A stretch of 61,684 bases of DNA, the filler included. It is 5 parts of 5 records of this genome, joined end to end, with 100 filler letters (N's around TTAATTAATTAA, not from the genome) between each part and the next. Parts side by side here need not be neighbours in the genome. Positions count along the whole stretch, not along the records: positions 52,431 to 61,684 come from SRR20825010_6332; 4 more parts are not named here. One strand, 5' to 3'. A program made the position numbers and the translations under genes. Shown in pieces: positions 61,068 to 61,684 of this stretch; the first letter of the stretch is position 1; each line of letters starts with the position of its first letter. A model generated the notes under the pieces. It was not told the DNA's origin and made no database searches. It saw nothing but the letters and a program-made list of their open reading frames with translations.

Positions 61068-61684
61068 ATGAGCGAGAGCTTTGCGGATCTTTTTGAAGAA
61101 AGCCTAAAAGAAATTGACATGCAACCAGGTTCCATCGTCCAGGGAACCGTTGTAGACGTCGATAACGACTGGGTCACCGTTAACGCCGGACTGAAGTCCG
61201 AAGGTGTTATCCCCGCCTCCCAGTTCCTCAATGAAAAAGGCGAGTTGGAAGTTGCTATCGGCGACGTTGTTGACGTAGCTCTCGACGCTGTGGAAGACGG
61301 CTTCGGTGAAACCCGTCTGTCCCGTGAGAAAGCCAAGCGCGCAGAAGCCTGGAAGGTACTTGAGAAGTCCTTCGAAGCTGAGGAAGTGGTTAAGGGTGTT
61401 ATCAATGGTAAGGTCAAGGGTGGTTTCACCGTCGATCTGGCCGGCATCCGTGCCTTCCTGCCTGGTTCGCTGGTAGATGTTCGCCCGGTTCGCGATACCG
61501 CGCACCTGGAGAACAAAGAACTCGAATTCAAGGTTATCAAGCTCGACCAGAAGCGTAATAACGTGGTTGTTTCCCGCCGCGCCGTTCTGGAAGCTGAAAA
61601 CAGTGCTGAGCGTGAAGCTCTGCTCGAAACCCTGACCGAAGGTCTGGAAATCAAGGGTATCGTCAAGAACCTGACCGACTACGG
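61068..61684 (+). CDS. rpsA: 30S ribosomal protein S1, 3' end outside window
   Basis: [13 protein letters not shown]...AGLKSEG...[12 protein letters not shown]...NNVVVSRR. Confidence 0.97.
   Translation, partial: MSESFADLFEESLKEIDMQPGSIVQGTVVDVDNDWVTVNAGLKSEGVIPASQFLNEKGELEVAIGDVVDVALDAVEDGFGETRLSREKAKRAEAWKVLEKSFEAEEVVKGVINGKVKGGFTVDLAGIRAFLPGSLVDVRPVRDTAHLENKELEFKVIKLDQKRNNVVVSRRAVLEAENSAEREALLETLTEGLEIKGIVKNLTDY

Overview
The window is not one genome. It joins five contigs with 100-nt N spacers, each containing a TTAATTAATTAA linker (gaps at 14463-14562, 33908-34007, 37967-38066 and 52331-52430). Taxonomic labels below are inferred from composition and gene content. (1) 1-14462 is an AT-rich Bacteroidota contig. 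It carries a RAYT/REP locus, T9SS-secreted proteins and an ~10.7-kb array of co-oriented, mostly orphan genes separated by attC-like hairpins. In several units the two ends are complementary, as in integron cassettes. Four junctions carry the end of an IS1182-like element: three short MITE-like copies, plus one copy with a transposase start cut by the contig end. (2) 14563-33907 is a betaproteobacterial (Limnobacter-like) contig. It holds a non-canonical type IV filament cluster with Glu5-less pilins and a PPIase, metabolic and envelope genes, a 192-bp MITE and a CE-clan (YopJ/Ulp1-like) protease candidate. (3) 34008-37966 is a planctomycete (Gimesia-like) contig with a Rieske-PSP1 fusion. (4) 38067-52330 is a Cytophagales-like contig of housekeeping and sugar genes. 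Among them is an apparently circularly permuted ParM/Alp-type actin, with its phosphate-1 motif at the C-terminus, in a two-gene unit with a bactofilin. (5) 52431-61684 is a Marinobacter-like gyrA-serC-pheA-hisC-tyrA/aroA-cmk-rpsA region. The best candidates for undescribed biology are the permuted actin with bactofilin and the Bacteroidota cassette array with its junction-targeting IS/MITE family.
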